The notes: a model not told the origin generated them from the letters alone. A stretch of 46,885 nucleotides of DNA from an uncultured bacterium (GCA_964619725.1 CAZUFC010000065.1:1-46885), one strand, 5' to 3'; numbered from the stretch's first letter, positions 8,464 through 18,581 are shown. Made by a program: numbers and translations.

Positions 8464-9647
8464 TTCTTTAACTCTTTTCTAAGGACCTGGGTCAATCGAT
8501 AAAGACCGGACATATCGCAAATCTCATTCTCCATTAATGGAATGCGTATTGCCGGCGCTTTCTTTTCACGGTATGCCTCGACGCGCTTCAGGTTATTTTC
8601 TTCCTCTGAACGAAATCGCTCATGTCGTTCCAGGCAAATCAACAGTTCATCCAATCGTTCCCTGGAGATTGCCGCTCCGCCTTTTTTCAAATTGCCCAGA
8701 AATCGATGCTGTTCATCGGGGAAATCCTTAAGACGTGAAAGAAGATCGTGATCCATATTTTCAAAAAAATCCGGATGCATTCGATTGACTGCGGTTAATA
8801 TTAAATTGTAATCCAGTTTAGTCAGCCTGTTCAGAATATCAGTCGACTCGATAATCGACTGGCGTCCGGGAGTTAAAACGATCCCGAATCCGAAGATGTC
8901 AGGATTCTGCAGGATGGCGTACATTTTTTTTACTCGCTCACGAAAACCGGCATAAAGGGGTTCCAGGCTGAGAATGAATTCTGAGACTTGCAGGAGGGCT
9001 TTAACGCCGAAAATTTTTCCAACCTGTTGAAGCGCGAGCGATGAGCCTTTCTGAAATACGGAAAGTCCTGTTCTGGTAATGGTCTTTAAGGGCGCCAGAA
9101 TTCGGTTCAATATTCGGAAATCCAGTAATTTCATTAAGTTATTAGGACTTTCAAAAAAATCTAACGCATATTGCGTCGGCGCGGTATCGACTACTATGAA
9201 ATCATAAGGAGAATGCTGCACCAATTCATATAGTTTGCCGAGGGCGATGTATTCATGCGAACCTGCGAAAGAGCCTGAGATTGTTTTATAGACGGGGTTA
9301 TTCAAAATAGCATAGAGGAGTTCCTGATTTTTCGTGAATTTTTTTAAAAGTTCGTCGGCGGCATGGCCGGTATCGAGCATCATGGCAGAGAGAGCGCCGC
9401 CCGGTTTCGGTTTTTCCGGTAAAAGTCCCAGGTCGACGGGTGTTTTCTGATTGCCGACCGACTGCAAACCCATGGCATCGGCTAGTCGTTTGGCCGGGTC
9501 TATGGTTACGACCAGGGTCTTTTTTCCTTCCAGGGCGGCAAGGAGACCCGTGGCAGCCGCTACCGTGGTTTTACCGACTCCGCCCGACCCGCAGTAAATA
9601 AGAACCCGGATTGAATCGAGCACATTGCGCTGAGGTTCGTCGTTCAT
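8457..9647 (-). CDS. ArsA/Get3-family ATPase (second of a pair)
   Basis: GSGGVGKTT, TIDPAKRLADAMG and VVDTAPT motifs. ATGA overlap with the upstream ATPase. Confidence 0.88.
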   Translation of the reverse strand: MNDEPQRNVLDSIRVLIYCGSGGVGKTTVAAATGLLAALEGKKTLVVTIDPAKRLADAMGLQSVGNQKTPVDLGLLPEKPKPGGALSAMMLDTGHAADELLKKFTKNQELLYAILNNPVYKTISGSFAGSHEYIALGKLYELVQHSPYDFIVVDTAPTQYALDFFESPNNLMKLLDFRILNRILAPLKTITRTGLSVFQKGSSLALQQVGKIFGVKALLQVSEFILSLEPLYAGFRERVKKMYAILQNPDIFGFGIVLTPGRQSIIESTDILNRLTKLDYNLILTAVNRMHPDFFENMDHDLLSRLKDFPDEQHRFLGNLKKGGAAISRERLDELLICLERHERFRSEEENNLKRVEAYREKKAPAIRIPLMENEICDMSGLYRLTQVLRKELKKC

Positions 9648-10738
9648 GTAAGTTCTTCCGTTGGCGGTTTCAATTCTCCGAGTTGATGGGAGATTATTTC
9701 CCTTATATTGTTCAATCTGCTTGATGAAATGTTATCTGGGAGAAGAGGAACAATGATGAGGGGGCAGGGGATGGAGCGGTTCAAGGTTTTGATGTGGGAG
9801 AGGTTCGTTTTTCGTCTTTTGCAGGCGAAATTGCGGCATCGGATCAGCGCCTGCAGATAATCTACGTATCCGTTGTCGCTGCGGTTCGAAGGAAGAGCAA
9901 GCGGGGAGTAAACGTCAGGATCAATGTCATCGATCATAGACGGTAAAATTTCGCCATCTTCCTGACAGCCCGGATAAACGCAGTTGACGATTACCGCCGG
10001 TATGCTCAAACCATGACGCTCCGTTAACTCCCGGTATAACTCGCCTGCTTCCCTAACCGGCATTTCCTCTGCCAGCGTCACAAGGCAGGCGCTGGTCATT
10101 CCCGGGTCCTCCAGGAACGTTTTCAATCGCGCCGCTATTTTATGCACGGGATCGAGAGCGATGTTGTTCATAATTTTTCCTGGAACGGTTAAATAACTTA
10201 TGCCGTGTCCTGTAGCCGGAAAATCTGCAATAACTAGATCATAAACCTTTTTCCTGCCGGTTTTATTCCTTCGGCCTGCCGCGAGTTTCCGGATACGGTC
10301 CAATATCAGCAGCTCCCTGATTCCGGGAGCCACCGCCGTGACATACTGATATAGCGTGCTGTTGAGTATCATCCGGCGTACAGAGCGGATCGGGATGGAT
10401 GATTTGATGTAATCGTCAATCACAAGTTGTCTGTTCAGATCGAGCGTATGAAGTTTCGGGGAAATTTCAACGAATTTACCTGATTCATGACCTCCTGTAT
10501 CTCCGAAAAGTCCGCTGAATGAATGCAATCCGTCAATCGTCACTACCAGGGTTTTCTTTCTCCGGCGCACTGCTTCGCCGGCCAGGACCGCGGCTATCGT
10601 CGTTTTTCCGACGCCGCCCTTTCCCGCTACTAGAATAAGTTTTGTGTCGAAAAAACCGGGGACCGCCGGGTGCGCCTTGCGGGCTGACGGATCAGGCGAA
10701 TCGGTATTTCGCCCTGAATTATTTTTTTTTCTGCTCAT
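9644..10738 (-). CDS. ArsA/Get3-family ATPase (first of a pair)
   Basis: AGKGGVGKTT, APGIREL, ADFPATGHG, VTLAEEMPVREA. Alternative TTG start at 10768. Confidence 0.88.
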   Translation of the reverse strand: MSRKKNNSGRNTDSPDPSARKAHPAVPGFFDTKLILVAGKGGVGKTTIAAVLAGEAVRRRKKTLVVTIDGLHSFSGLFGDTGGHESGKFVEISPKLHTLDLNRQLVIDDYIKSSIPIRSVRRMILNSTLYQYVTAVAPGIRELLILDRIRKLAAGRRNKTGRKKVYDLVIADFPATGHGISYLTVPGKIMNNIALDPVHKIAARLKTFLEDPGMTSACLVTLAEEMPVREAGELYRELTERHGLSIPAVIVNCVYPGCQEDGEILPSMIDDIDPDVYSPLALPSNRSDNGYVDYLQALIRCRNFACKRRKTNLSHIKTLNRSIPCPLIIVPLLPDNISSSRLNNIREIISHQLGELKPPTEELT

Positions 10739-10764
10739 TCGAATTACAATAATTCTCCAGGAGG

Positions 10765-11418
10765 TCAAAGGCGTTCAGGATTTTTTCCCGCACGACTCAC
10801 AGTTTCAATTTTGAACGGAAATTCGCCGTAAACCGCATTCATCCAGAAATAATCTTGTTTAGCCAGGGCCAGGTCTTTACGGGAGTCCTCATACCTGATA
10901 ATCCGAAAGCCCATTTCATAGAACGATCCAAATGTTTTTACATCGTCATCTCTGATTCCCAGCACGCAGAATGAGTCTATTCCGATAATTTCAAAGAGGT
11001 ATTTGGCCGTTGTCCAGATAATTTCCTTTGAAAAATTCTCAGGTCGTTCGTCAGAGTTGGTTTCAGGGTCTTTAAGGAAGAGCAGGATACGCATGAAGGA
11101 TTCATTAGGAGGCATTACAACTCTTTTATGATTAACGACCCAGAGCAGAGTTACGTCACCAATGGGTTCGCCGCACTCATCTTCCAGGATGAAAAGCATT
11201 CCGCGTCCGTTAAGCGTATTGTAAAGCTTGTTTAATTCACTGAATTTCAGGGGGTAACTGAGTCCTCTGGATGAAGCGGCTTCAGAATTTTCGTACCAGG
11301 CAGGGATGATGTTCATGTCGTCAGGGACAAAGGGGCGTAATTTTAAACGCGGTCCGGATATAAGCAGGTTGTGCGAGCTGAAGGCTGACGTCCCTTGCTT
11401 TGTTTTACGATTCTTCAT
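10765..11418 (-). CDS. GNAT-family (RimJ/RimL-like) N-acetyltransferase-like protein
   Basis: LISGPRLKLRPF..DD...I..WY, FILED..GEPIG.V.L and FYEMGF patterns. The acetyl-CoA binding motif appears degenerate. Confidence 0.6.
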   Translation of the reverse strand: MKNRKTKQGTSAFSSHNLLISGPRLKLRPFVPDDMNIIPAWYENSEAASSRGLSYPLKFSELNKLYNTLNGRGMLFILEDECGEPIGDVTLLWVVNHKRVVMPPNESFMRILLFLKDPETNSDERPENFSKEIIWTTAKYLFEIIGIDSFCVLGIRDDDVKTFGSFYEMGFRIIRYEDSRKDLALAKQDYFWMNAVYGEFPFKIETVSRAGKNPERL

Positions 11419-11587
11419 ATTGCGGGTCCTTTTTATGTTTGGGATGTCTTTTGTAGGATTTTTTCGAATCGTGCGTCCGTTCCGGCGGCGCCGTAGGTAT
11501 TCTCATTTTACCCAGGAAATCCTTTTTGGTTTTTTTTCGCTTCTTTTTGTTCGGCTTTTTTTTATCTTTCTTTTTATTCGAGTCCAT
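11405..11587 (-). CDS. Small Lys/Arg-rich protein, possibly similar to alternative ribosome-rescue factors
   Basis: 60 aa from ATG 11587 with a GGAAGGA RBS (alternative start 11596). Contains RIPTAPPERTHDSKKSYKRHPKHKK. Overlaps the GNAT start by 14 nt. Confidence 0.65.
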   Translation of the reverse strand: MDSNKKKDKKKPNKKKRKKTKKDFLGKMRIPTAPPERTHDSKKSYKRHPKHKKDPQYEES

Positions 11588-11897
11588 GGGCGTCATCCTT
11601 CCGGAGTCTCACTTTATTGTTTGCGGCAATGCCGGAGTTGTCAACAGAAAACATTCTGATTTTTGCAGCGATCAAGATACCCGGATTTTTGTAAATGAAC
11701 AAAGGCTCCGCAAACCCTGCCGGCAAGTATTATTAAGCATAAGAGAAGAAGTGATTTGCAAGAATTGCAACCTGTGTATGAGAAGTCGCTTGCTTTTCAA
11801 GCGGCCGGCGCTGTTTTTGTAAAACACGATCGCTGCCGAAATATGCCGTTAATGGACATAGGGACTTTAATGTGTTAGAAAAATATCGAGGTTTGTT

Positions 11898-14393
11898 ATG
11901 AAGCAGCAAAGGCGTCTGGGGCGGTACGAAATAACTGAAAAAATAGGTTCAGGCGGCATGGGAGAGGTATATCTGGCTTGGGACCCGAAGATAAATAGAA
12001 AAGTGGCGATCAAGAAGATTCTGGTAATGAAGTCTGATACCGATACGCGCGACGACCGGTTGAAAAGGTTTTATCGTGAAGCTGAATTGACGGGGAAGCT
12101 GCTTCATCCCAACATAGTGACGGTTTTTGACTTCCAGGATGAAGAGGGAGAGCCTTTTATCGTAATGGAATATATTGAGGGACGGACGCTTCGTTCCATT
12201 ATTAACGACAGGAAGTCTCGATGCTCCGTCAATCCAATGCAGATAGGCGAACAGGCATGCGAAGGACTGCGGTATGCTCACAGCCATAAAGTGATACACC
12301 GGGACATCAAGCCGGAGAATCTGCTGATGAGACCCGACGGAAAGATAAAGATAACTGATTTCAGTTTGGCCCGCATTCTTGGTCCCCGGATAAGCGAAGT
12401 CAGTCATCAGGGTCAGATCATGGGCACGTTTCAATACATGTCGCCGGAACATTTTGATGAAGAAGGACCGGAAGAACGTTCAGATTTGTTTTCATTGGGA
12501 ATCATTCTTTATGAATTGATAATGGGATTCTGTCCGTTTTCGACGGGCGACATACCTTTGACTATCAAAAAAATACTCTATGAAGAGCCCCTGCCCATGA
12601 AACGAGCCCTCCCTATGTTGCCGCAGCCTATCGAGGACGCTGTTTTCAAGGCGCTGGAGAAAAATATTGATCAGAGGTATCAGTCTGCAGAAGAATTTAA
12701 ATCGGTCCTTAGCGATTTAATTCCTCTCTGGGACCCCCAGGCTTTAAACGCCTACGATTCTCGTGACGCTCCGGGAAAAGGAAAATCTCTTCACCATATG
12801 GTCATAAGGGAAGGAACCCAACTTTATGACAGGCATACTTATGAAGACGGTACGCCTCTGGATGACCGCCAGGATTTTTCGTCCCTACAGCAGACGGCTG
12901 AAAGGCTTGAAGAAGAACAGATCGAGTCTGATGTTTCCTCTGATCTTGGGATTTTAACGGAATGGCAGGAGCCTCCGGAAGAGGAGAAAGAGAATTCGGA
13001 GATGATACGGAATCCCGCAGAGGAACACACGGACGAGCGACGAAGCGCTGAGAAGCAAGAGGATTCAGGCTCAAGAACAGCGGTCTCGAATAAAGTGGAT
13101 TCAGAGGAGAGGAGAGAATTACGCAGATTAAGAGCTCCCGAGGATTCCGTCCGTCCGGCATCAGTAACGGTTAGTAAAGGGAGACTGGAAAAAAGGACTT
13201 CGAGCAATGTATTCGATATTATCAAGACTGCTTATTTCCGCAATGTCATCATATTGCTGACCGCTATCGTCGCCGTTTTATGGGTGTCGTCCGGCATATA
13301 CTCCAATAAAAAATTGATCCGAGAACAAATGGACCAGCTTTTCCTACTGGAAATGAGCAACCGTCCGGAACCCGCGTTAAAACTCATCAGGGAACTGGAA
13401 AAACTGGGATATCATAATGATTACCTCAAGTTCAGGTCCGCCGCGCTTCTTTACAGGATGCATGAATACGAGGATTCACTAAGGGCGCTGGAAGCGATGT
13501 CCGGAAAGCGTGTTCCAATGAAGGCGACGATAATCAGAGCCTTGATAGCGCATAAGAAAAATGAGAGGGAGAAAGCTTTCAAAGAGTTGACTTCAATTTT
13601 GAATGAGAGACCGAGAGATGAAGCGGCACATCTGTTTTGGGCTTTTTTTCAAATGAAAAGTCACAAATGGATGGAAGCCCTGGAACATCTGGATTACCTG
13701 GAATCTTTTTCCCATGACCATTTGAAAGAGGAGTTTTCCTCGTCGTTCGAATTGGAGGCTCAATGCTATTATGGTTTGAACTGGCGTGAGGAAGCGGAAG
13801 AGAAATACCGGCAAGCGATCAGATACCGGCCGTTCGACGTTGAACCCTATTTGGGACTGGCGGAGCTGTTGATTGATCAGATGCGCTATGAAGACTCGCT
13901 GGAAACCCTTTCGGAAGTATTGAAATGGGAGTTTTCCAATGCGGCTCCATATATTCTGTCGGCTCTGGCTTATTTGGAGAGCGGCCGTTATGAGAAGGGC
14001 GGCGATATGATTCGTAAAGGCGCAATATTGGTTCCGAATGATCCTGACTTGTTAACGTTGAGGGCCTACGGCAAGCTGCTCGAAAAAGATTATTCCTCGG
14101 TACGGAATTTGATGAGGCGGGAAGAGGCCGAGATGGCTGAGATAATCGAAAAAGATTATATCCTGGGGAAATTACACGAAACAGAAAAGGATTATAAAGG
14201 CGCTGTCGGACGGTATTCCGGACTGACCGAGCGGAATCCAGGAAAGGCGAGATACTGGTATGCTCTGGCCGGAGCGGCTGAAAAATCCGGAGATTATTCC
14301 CGTGCATTCAACGCGTTGACGAAAGCGTCCGAACTTTCGGTCCCTGAAACAAAACTGAAAAAGTTGAAAAGCAGAATATCAAACAGGTTATAG
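11898..14393 (+). CDS. Hanks-type Ser/Thr protein kinase with a TM helix and C-terminal TPR array
   Basis: IGSGGMGEVY, VAIK, HRDIKPEN, DFS (in place of DFG), GTFQYMSPE, SDLFSLG. Acidic linker, TM near aa 450-470, then TPR repeats. GAGG RBS. Confidence 0.92.
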   Translation: MKQQRRLGRYEITEKIGSGGMGEVYLAWDPKINRKVAIKKILVMKSDTDTRDDRLKRFYREAELTGKLLHPNIVTVFDFQDEEGEPFIVMEYIEGRTLRSIINDRKSRCSVNPMQIGEQACEGLRYAHSHKVIHRDIKPENLLMRPDGKIKITDFSLARILGPRISEVSHQGQIMGTFQYMSPEHFDEEGPEERSDLFSLGIILYELIMGFCPFSTGDIPLTIKKILYEEPLPMKRALPMLPQPIEDAVFKALEKNIDQRYQSAEEFKSVLSDLIPLWDPQALNAYDSRDAPGKGKSLHHMVIREGTQLYDRHTYEDGTPLDDRQDFSSLQQTAERLEEEQIESDVSSDLGILTEWQEPPEEEKENSEMIRNPAEEHTDERRSAEKQEDSGSRTAVSNKVDSEERRELRRLRAPEDSVRPASVTVSKGRLEKRTSSNVFDIIKTAYFRNVIILLTAIVAVLWVSSGIYSNKKLIREQMDQLFLLEMSNRPEPALKLIRELEKLGYHNDYLKFRSAALLYRMHEYEDSLRALEAMSGKRVPMKATIIRALIAHKKNEREKAFKELTSILNERPRDEAAHLFWAFFQMKSHKWMEALEHLDYLESFSHDHLKEEFSSSFELEAQCYYGLNWREEAEEKYRQAIRYRPFDVEPYLGLAELLIDQMRYEDSLETLSEVLKWEFSNAAPYILSALAYLESGRYEKGGDMIRKGAILVPNDPDLLTLRAYGKLLEKDYSSVRNLMRREEAEMAEIIEKDYILGKLHETEKDYKGAVGRYSGLTERNPGKARYWYALAGAAEKSGDYSRAFNALTKASELSVPETKLKKLKSRISNRL

Positions 14394-14534
14394 CTGATGA
14401 TTCTCCACAAAATCGAATTTCGATTCAAAATTTAAGCTGGAAAGGCGAGGGCCGGCGTGTGTTTATAAACGGCGATTTTAATCTTTATTCGAGTTCAGCA
14501 AGGATGCGGAGAAGCATTCATAAACAGGGGAAAT

Positions 14535-15848
14535 TCAACAGTCACCCAGCAGCCTGTCTGCAATAATCGATGCCGCAGACCTGACGGAAAGGTGGTTGAA
14601 TTCCTTTTCGGGACAAATGGATTCAAGTCTGTAATCCGCTTGTTCGATAACTTCCTTCGACAATCCCCATCCAGTACCGAGAAGGAGCATATAAGCTTTG
14701 TCGTCGTCGGGGCGGAACAATTCGTTCCTTAAGCTTTCAAAGGTTATGTCGACGTTTTTAAGGGATGCTCCTGACGCCACACGGCAGACTTTTTTTCCTG
14801 TGAGTTTCTCATAATCAGTTACAGCTTCATCCACATCGTGAACCGTCTTGACAAGTTCAAAGGCGTTTTTCCTGTGAGGATTGTAATGGCTTCCGAATCC
14901 TTCAGTCCAATGGTCCATTATCTTTTGGGCCAGAGCGGCCTGCGATTCCAGGGGATTAACGATATAGAAAGAAGCCATGTCATAGGTTTTGGCTATTCGC
15001 GCTATATCATGCAGGTCTAATCCGTGAACACTGGTCGTCACAGTGTTTCCGGATTTGTCGTATACGGGAAAGTGAATGAGAGCGAAACACAGTGGAGCCG
15101 GAGGTTTTTCGGCTGACTTTTCATGGTTTTTAATTTTATTAAGGAATTTTCTGTCAGCAGGCGCAAGTTCAGCTTTTTTCAGTAATTCAGGTCTTCTGTT
15201 CAGCGTTCGCCGCAGCGATTCCTCTCGTCTCCACTTTTTTATTTCAGCGTGATGTCCCGAAAGAAGGATATCCGGTACTTTCATCGCTCGATATTCCCGG
15301 GGTCTGGTATATTGAGGGAATTCAAGCAAACCGCTGTAAAACGATTCATCCAGATGAGCTTCTTCCGCGCCCAGGCTGCCAGGCAGTAATCTTACTACTG
15401 CGTCAACGATGACGATGGCTGCAGGTTCGCCGCCGGTCAATACGAAATCGCCGATCGATAATTCATTATCCGCAAGCCGGCGTCTGACTCGTTCGTCCAC
15501 TCCTTCGTAATGTCCGCAGATTAAAATCAAATGCTTTTCCTTCGCAAGTTTTTCGGCTTCGGATTGACTGAAAACCTTACCCTGGGGCGTCAACAATATT
15601 CGTTCACCGGGACCGAACTCCTTTACGCTATGTTCCACCGCTCCGAACAGTGGTTCGGGTTTCATCACCATACCCGGACCGCCTCCGAAAGGATAATCGT
15701 CGACCTGCCTGTGAGTCCCCTCTGCAAAGTCCCTGATTTGAACGCAATTTATCTCAACCAGGCCCGAATCGACAGCTCTCCGGATGATACTGGAACCGAA
15801 GAAACCCTGAAACATTTCAGGAAAAAGCGTAACAAGCGTGATCTTCAT
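14535..15848 (-). CDS. trmD: tRNA (guanine37-N1)-methyltransferase TrmD fused to a C-terminal second SPOUT methyltransferase domain
   Basis: [53 protein letters not shown]. The extra ~185 aa carry [23 protein letters not shown] and [16 protein letters not shown]. Confidence 0.93.
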   Translation of the reverse strand: MKITLVTLFPEMFQGFFGSSIIRRAVDSGLVEINCVQIRDFAEGTHRQVDDYPFGGGPGMVMKPEPLFGAVEHSVKEFGPGERILLTPQGKVFSQSEAEKLAKEKHLILICGHYEGVDERVRRRLADNELSIGDFVLTGGEPAAIVIVDAVVRLLPGSLGAEEAHLDESFYSGLLEFPQYTRPREYRAMKVPDILLSGHHAEIKKWRREESLRRTLNRRPELLKKAELAPADRKFLNKIKNHEKSAEKPPAPLCFALIHFPVYDKSGNTVTTSVHGLDLHDIARIAKTYDMASFYIVNPLESQAALAQKIMDHWTEGFGSHYNPHRKNAFELVKTVHDVDEAVTDYEKLTGKKVCRVASGASLKNVDITFESLRNELFRPDDDKAYMLLLGTGWGLSKEVIEQADYRLESICPEKEFNHLSVRSAASIIADRLLGDC

Positions 15849-16366
15849 GACTCGGGTTTCATTCCGGGCAGCAGATACACCATTATACGCGATTCTTTAA
15901 CGTCCACTTCACGGATAAACATATCAACGAAAGGAATCAGTATTTCCTTGCCCCCGCAGTCAGCTACCAGAATATCGTGCACCGTTATTCTGAGAACCTC
16001 TTTCACTTTGCCGATCTCATTTCCTTCAGTATCAGTCAAACGGCACCCCAGAAGTTGATGCCAGTAAAACGCGTCTCCGGGAAGCTCGACCATTTCCTCC
16101 TCAGATACGACTACTTCCTGATGCACCAATTCTTCGGCATCCGAAATCGTATTCACCCCCTCCAGCAAGGCATAGACAATCATTTTTTTTATGAATATCT
16201 CCTGGACAGGATATACTCTCGTTCTATCCTTCTCTTTGTTCCTGAGCGAAATCTCCGTCATGTCCAGAAAACGCTCGGGAAAATCGGTTTCGGGATAGAT
16301 TTTGATATGGCCTCGGCGTCCCCAGGTCGTCGTCACCTTACCAATAAGGACGTCCTTGTCTTTCAA
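15845..16366 (-). CDS. rimM: Ribosome maturation factor RimM
   Basis: IGKV...[28 protein letters not shown]. Operon context. TTG start with a GGGAG RBS. Confidence 0.92.
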   Translation of the reverse strand: MKDKDVLIGKVTTTWGRRGHIKIYPETDFPERFLDMTEISLRNKEKDRTRVYPVQEIFIKKMIVYALLEGVNTISDAEELVHQEVVVSEEEMVELPGDAFYWHQLLGCRLTDTEGNEIGKVKEVLRITVHDILVADCGGKEILIPFVDMFIREVDVKESRIMVYLLPGMKPES

Positions 16367-16386
16367 TTAAAAACTCCCGCTCCCCC

Positions 16387-16489
16387 GTTTCTGTCCACAA
16401 ATGGCTGATTTCCCTCAACACTGCGTCATCAATGCAAAATGAAGTATCGCCTTGCCCTGAGAAAATCGGCCCATTTGTGGATCAGAAAC
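16387..16489. repeat. 103-bp imperfect palindromic element (MITE-like) between khpA and rimM
   Basis: GTTTCTGTCCACAAATGGCTGATTTCCCTCA ... TGAGAAAATCGGCCCATTTGTGGATCAGAAAC form ~30-bp imperfect inverted arms. Confidence 0.75.
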
Positions 16490-16545
16490 TCTCAACTATT
16501 CTCCTTCTTCAAATTCTGAAAAGAAAAGGAGTTTATCGACAGCCG

Positions 16546-16776
16546 CTATTCCAATATCTCCAATACGGCTCTTTTGTTGGACCTGACTGCAGCCGCATTT
16601 AAAAGCGTTCTGATGGCTCTGGCGGTCCGGCCTTCTTTACCGATAATTTTTCCCAAGTCCGATTGTGCAACCCTGAGTTCAATAACTGTGGTTTTTTCTC
16701 CTTCAATCTCCGTTATTTTGATCTGATCAGGATTATCGACGAGCGATTTTGTGATGTATTCGACCAGTTCTTTCAT
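16546..16776 (-). CDS. khpA: KH-domain RNA-binding protein KhpA
   Basis: [17 protein letters not shown]...[26 protein letters not shown] supports the start at 16776 rather than 16818. Confidence 0.93.
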   Translation of the reverse strand: MKELVEYITKSLVDNPDQIKITEIEGEKTTVIELRVAQSDLGKIIGKEGRTARAIRTLLNAAAVRSNKRAVLEILE

Positions 16777-16900
16777 TCGTAAACCTCCCTCTGAACGTTG
16801 ATAACGCATATCGGCCAATGCGTAAACTGAAATTTAGCTTCTGAACGGCAGTTTTCGTCGGATCGTGAAAAAAGTATTTCAGCCTGCACATTACGTAAGC

Positions 16901-17206
16901 TTACTCTTGTCCGGCAGCCGGTTCCTGACTTGAGGCAGCCGGGGATGGCGTCTCATTCTCCTTCTGCAATGTTTTCTTTTTCTTCAGCAAAGTCTCCAGA
17001 GTGGCGCTTAACTTGGCTCCCTTGCTCAGCCAGTCTTGCAGCTTCTCTTCATCTACCTTCAACTCTTTGTTTTCACTCAAGGGGTTGTAATAGCCGATTT
17101 CTTCTACGGGCCGAGCATCTCTGGCATCCCGCGAATCAATAACGACTATTCGGTAGAACGGCTTCTTTTTCGCTCCTCTTCGACTCATTCGGATTTTTAC
17201 CGACAC
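16901..17206 (-). CDS. rpsP: 30S ribosomal protein S16
   Basis: [24 protein letters not shown]...GYYNP...WLSKGA. GTG start with an AGGAGG RBS. Confidence 0.96.
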   Translation of the reverse strand: MSVKIRMSRRGAKKKPFYRIVVIDSRDARDARPVEEIGYYNPLSENKELKVDEEKLQDWLSKGAKLSATLETLLKKKKTLQKENETPSPAASSQEPAAGQE

Positions 17207-17246
17207 TTTTCTCCTCCTGTTAGACTATCAAACGAAGTTGCTGATA

Positions 17247-18581
17247 TCATGCCGAGAACATTCGTTTAGTGAATCGTGAAAATTTATTCATTTTTTTGAA
17301 GTTTTTCATCATTTTTCGAGTCATGGCGAATTGTTTCAACAAACGATTAACATCCGAGACCGTGGTTCCGCTTCCTCTGGCGATTCGCCTTCTTCGGCTG
17401 CCGTTGATGATCTGATGGTTCTGTCGTTCTTCGGGAGTCATTGAACAGATGATCGCTTCGATAAGCTTTAAATCTTCTTCCGGTTCTCCTGCTCCTTTCA
17501 ACGTACCTGCATCCGGCATCCCGGGTATCATGGAAAGCAAATTATCCAACGGACCCATGGAACGAATTTGCCGGAGCTGGTCCAGAAAATCTTCCAGGGT
17601 AAAACTTTCTTCCCTGATTTTCCTTTCGAGTTCGAGACGTCGTTCTTCGGAGACGGCCGATTCGGCTTTTTCAATCAGGGAGAGCACGTCTCCCATGCCC
17701 AGGATTCTGGATGCCATCCTTTCCGGATGAAAAGGTTCGAGCGGATCGAGCTTTTCGCCCATACCGACCAGTTTAATGGGTTTGCCAGTGACGGCATTGA
17801 TCGAAATGGCCGCTCCGCCGCGTGCATCGCCGTCGAGTTTCGTCAGGACGACTCCATCAATGTCCAGGTCTTTGTTGAATTTTTCCGCTATGGTTACCGC
17901 ATCCTGACCCGTCATTGCATCAGCCACAAGAAGGATTTCAGTGGGATTCACCTTCTTGCGTATGTTGCGGAGTTCCTGCATTAGAGCGTCGTCAATGTGA
18001 AGACGGCCTGCCGTATCGATAATAACGACATCTTTGTTTTCTTCTTTCGCTTTTTGAATTCCGTTCTGACAGATTACGACAGGATTGGCCAGAGCTCCCA
18101 TTTGAAAAACGTCCGATCCAACCTGTTTGCCTACGGTCACAAGCTGATCGATAGCCGCAGGACGATAGATGTCCGCAGCTACCAGCAAAGGCTTCATACC
18201 GCCCTGAAGATACCTTTTGGCCAGCTTTCCCGCTGAAGTCGTCTTTCCTGAACCCTGAAGCCCCACCATCATGATGATCGTCGGAGGCCTGGGCGCACTC
18301 TTCAGTTTCGTGTTCGATTCGCCCATCAGTCGCGTCAGCTCTTCCTTGACTACCTTGATCACCTGCTGACCCGGCGTTAAACTTTTTAATACTTCCGTTC
18401 CTACTGCTCTCTGTTTCACCGTATTGATGAAATTCTTTACCACTTTATAATTTACGTCAGCCTCTAGCAGCGCCAGACGGACCTCCCGCATTGCATCAGA
18501 AATGTTCTTTTCGGTTAACCGTCCGTGACCGCGCAATTTTTTAAATACCGACTGTAATCTTCCCGTTAAATTATCGAACAT
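17247..18581 (-). CDS. ffh: Signal recognition particle protein Ffh
   Basis: GLQGSGKTT, DTAGRLHID, TKLDGDARGGAA, FHPERMASRILGMGD, and M domain SRRRRIARGSG. Confidence 0.97.
   Translation of the reverse strand: MFDNLTGRLQSVFKKLRGHGRLTEKNISDAMREVRLALLEADVNYKVVKNFINTVKQRAVGTEVLKSLTPGQQVIKVVKEELTRLMGESNTKLKSAPRPPTIIMMVGLQGSGKTTSAGKLAKRYLQGGMKPLLVAADIYRPAAIDQLVTVGKQVGSDVFQMGALANPVVICQNGIQKAKEENKDVVIIDTAGRLHIDDALMQELRNIRKKVNPTEILLVADAMTGQDAVTIAEKFNKDLDIDGVVLTKLDGDARGGAAISINAVTGKPIKLVGMGEKLDPLEPFHPERMASRILGMGDVLSLIEKAESAVSEERRLELERKIREESFTLEDFLDQLRQIRSMGPLDNLLSMIPGMPDAGTLKGAGEPEEDLKLIEAIICSMTPEERQNHQIINGSRRRRIARGSGTTVSDVNRLLKQFAMTRKMMKNFKKMNKFSRFTKRMFSA

Noticed and set aside
8457..10738. Arsenic-resistance operon
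   Set aside because: No arsB/acr3, arsC, arsD or arsR is present, and the motifs fit the paired Get3-like subfamily.
16777..16818. 14-aa N-terminal extension of KhpA in the ORF track
   Set aside because: The GGAGG RBS sits immediately before ATG 16776, which gives the typical ~76-aa length.
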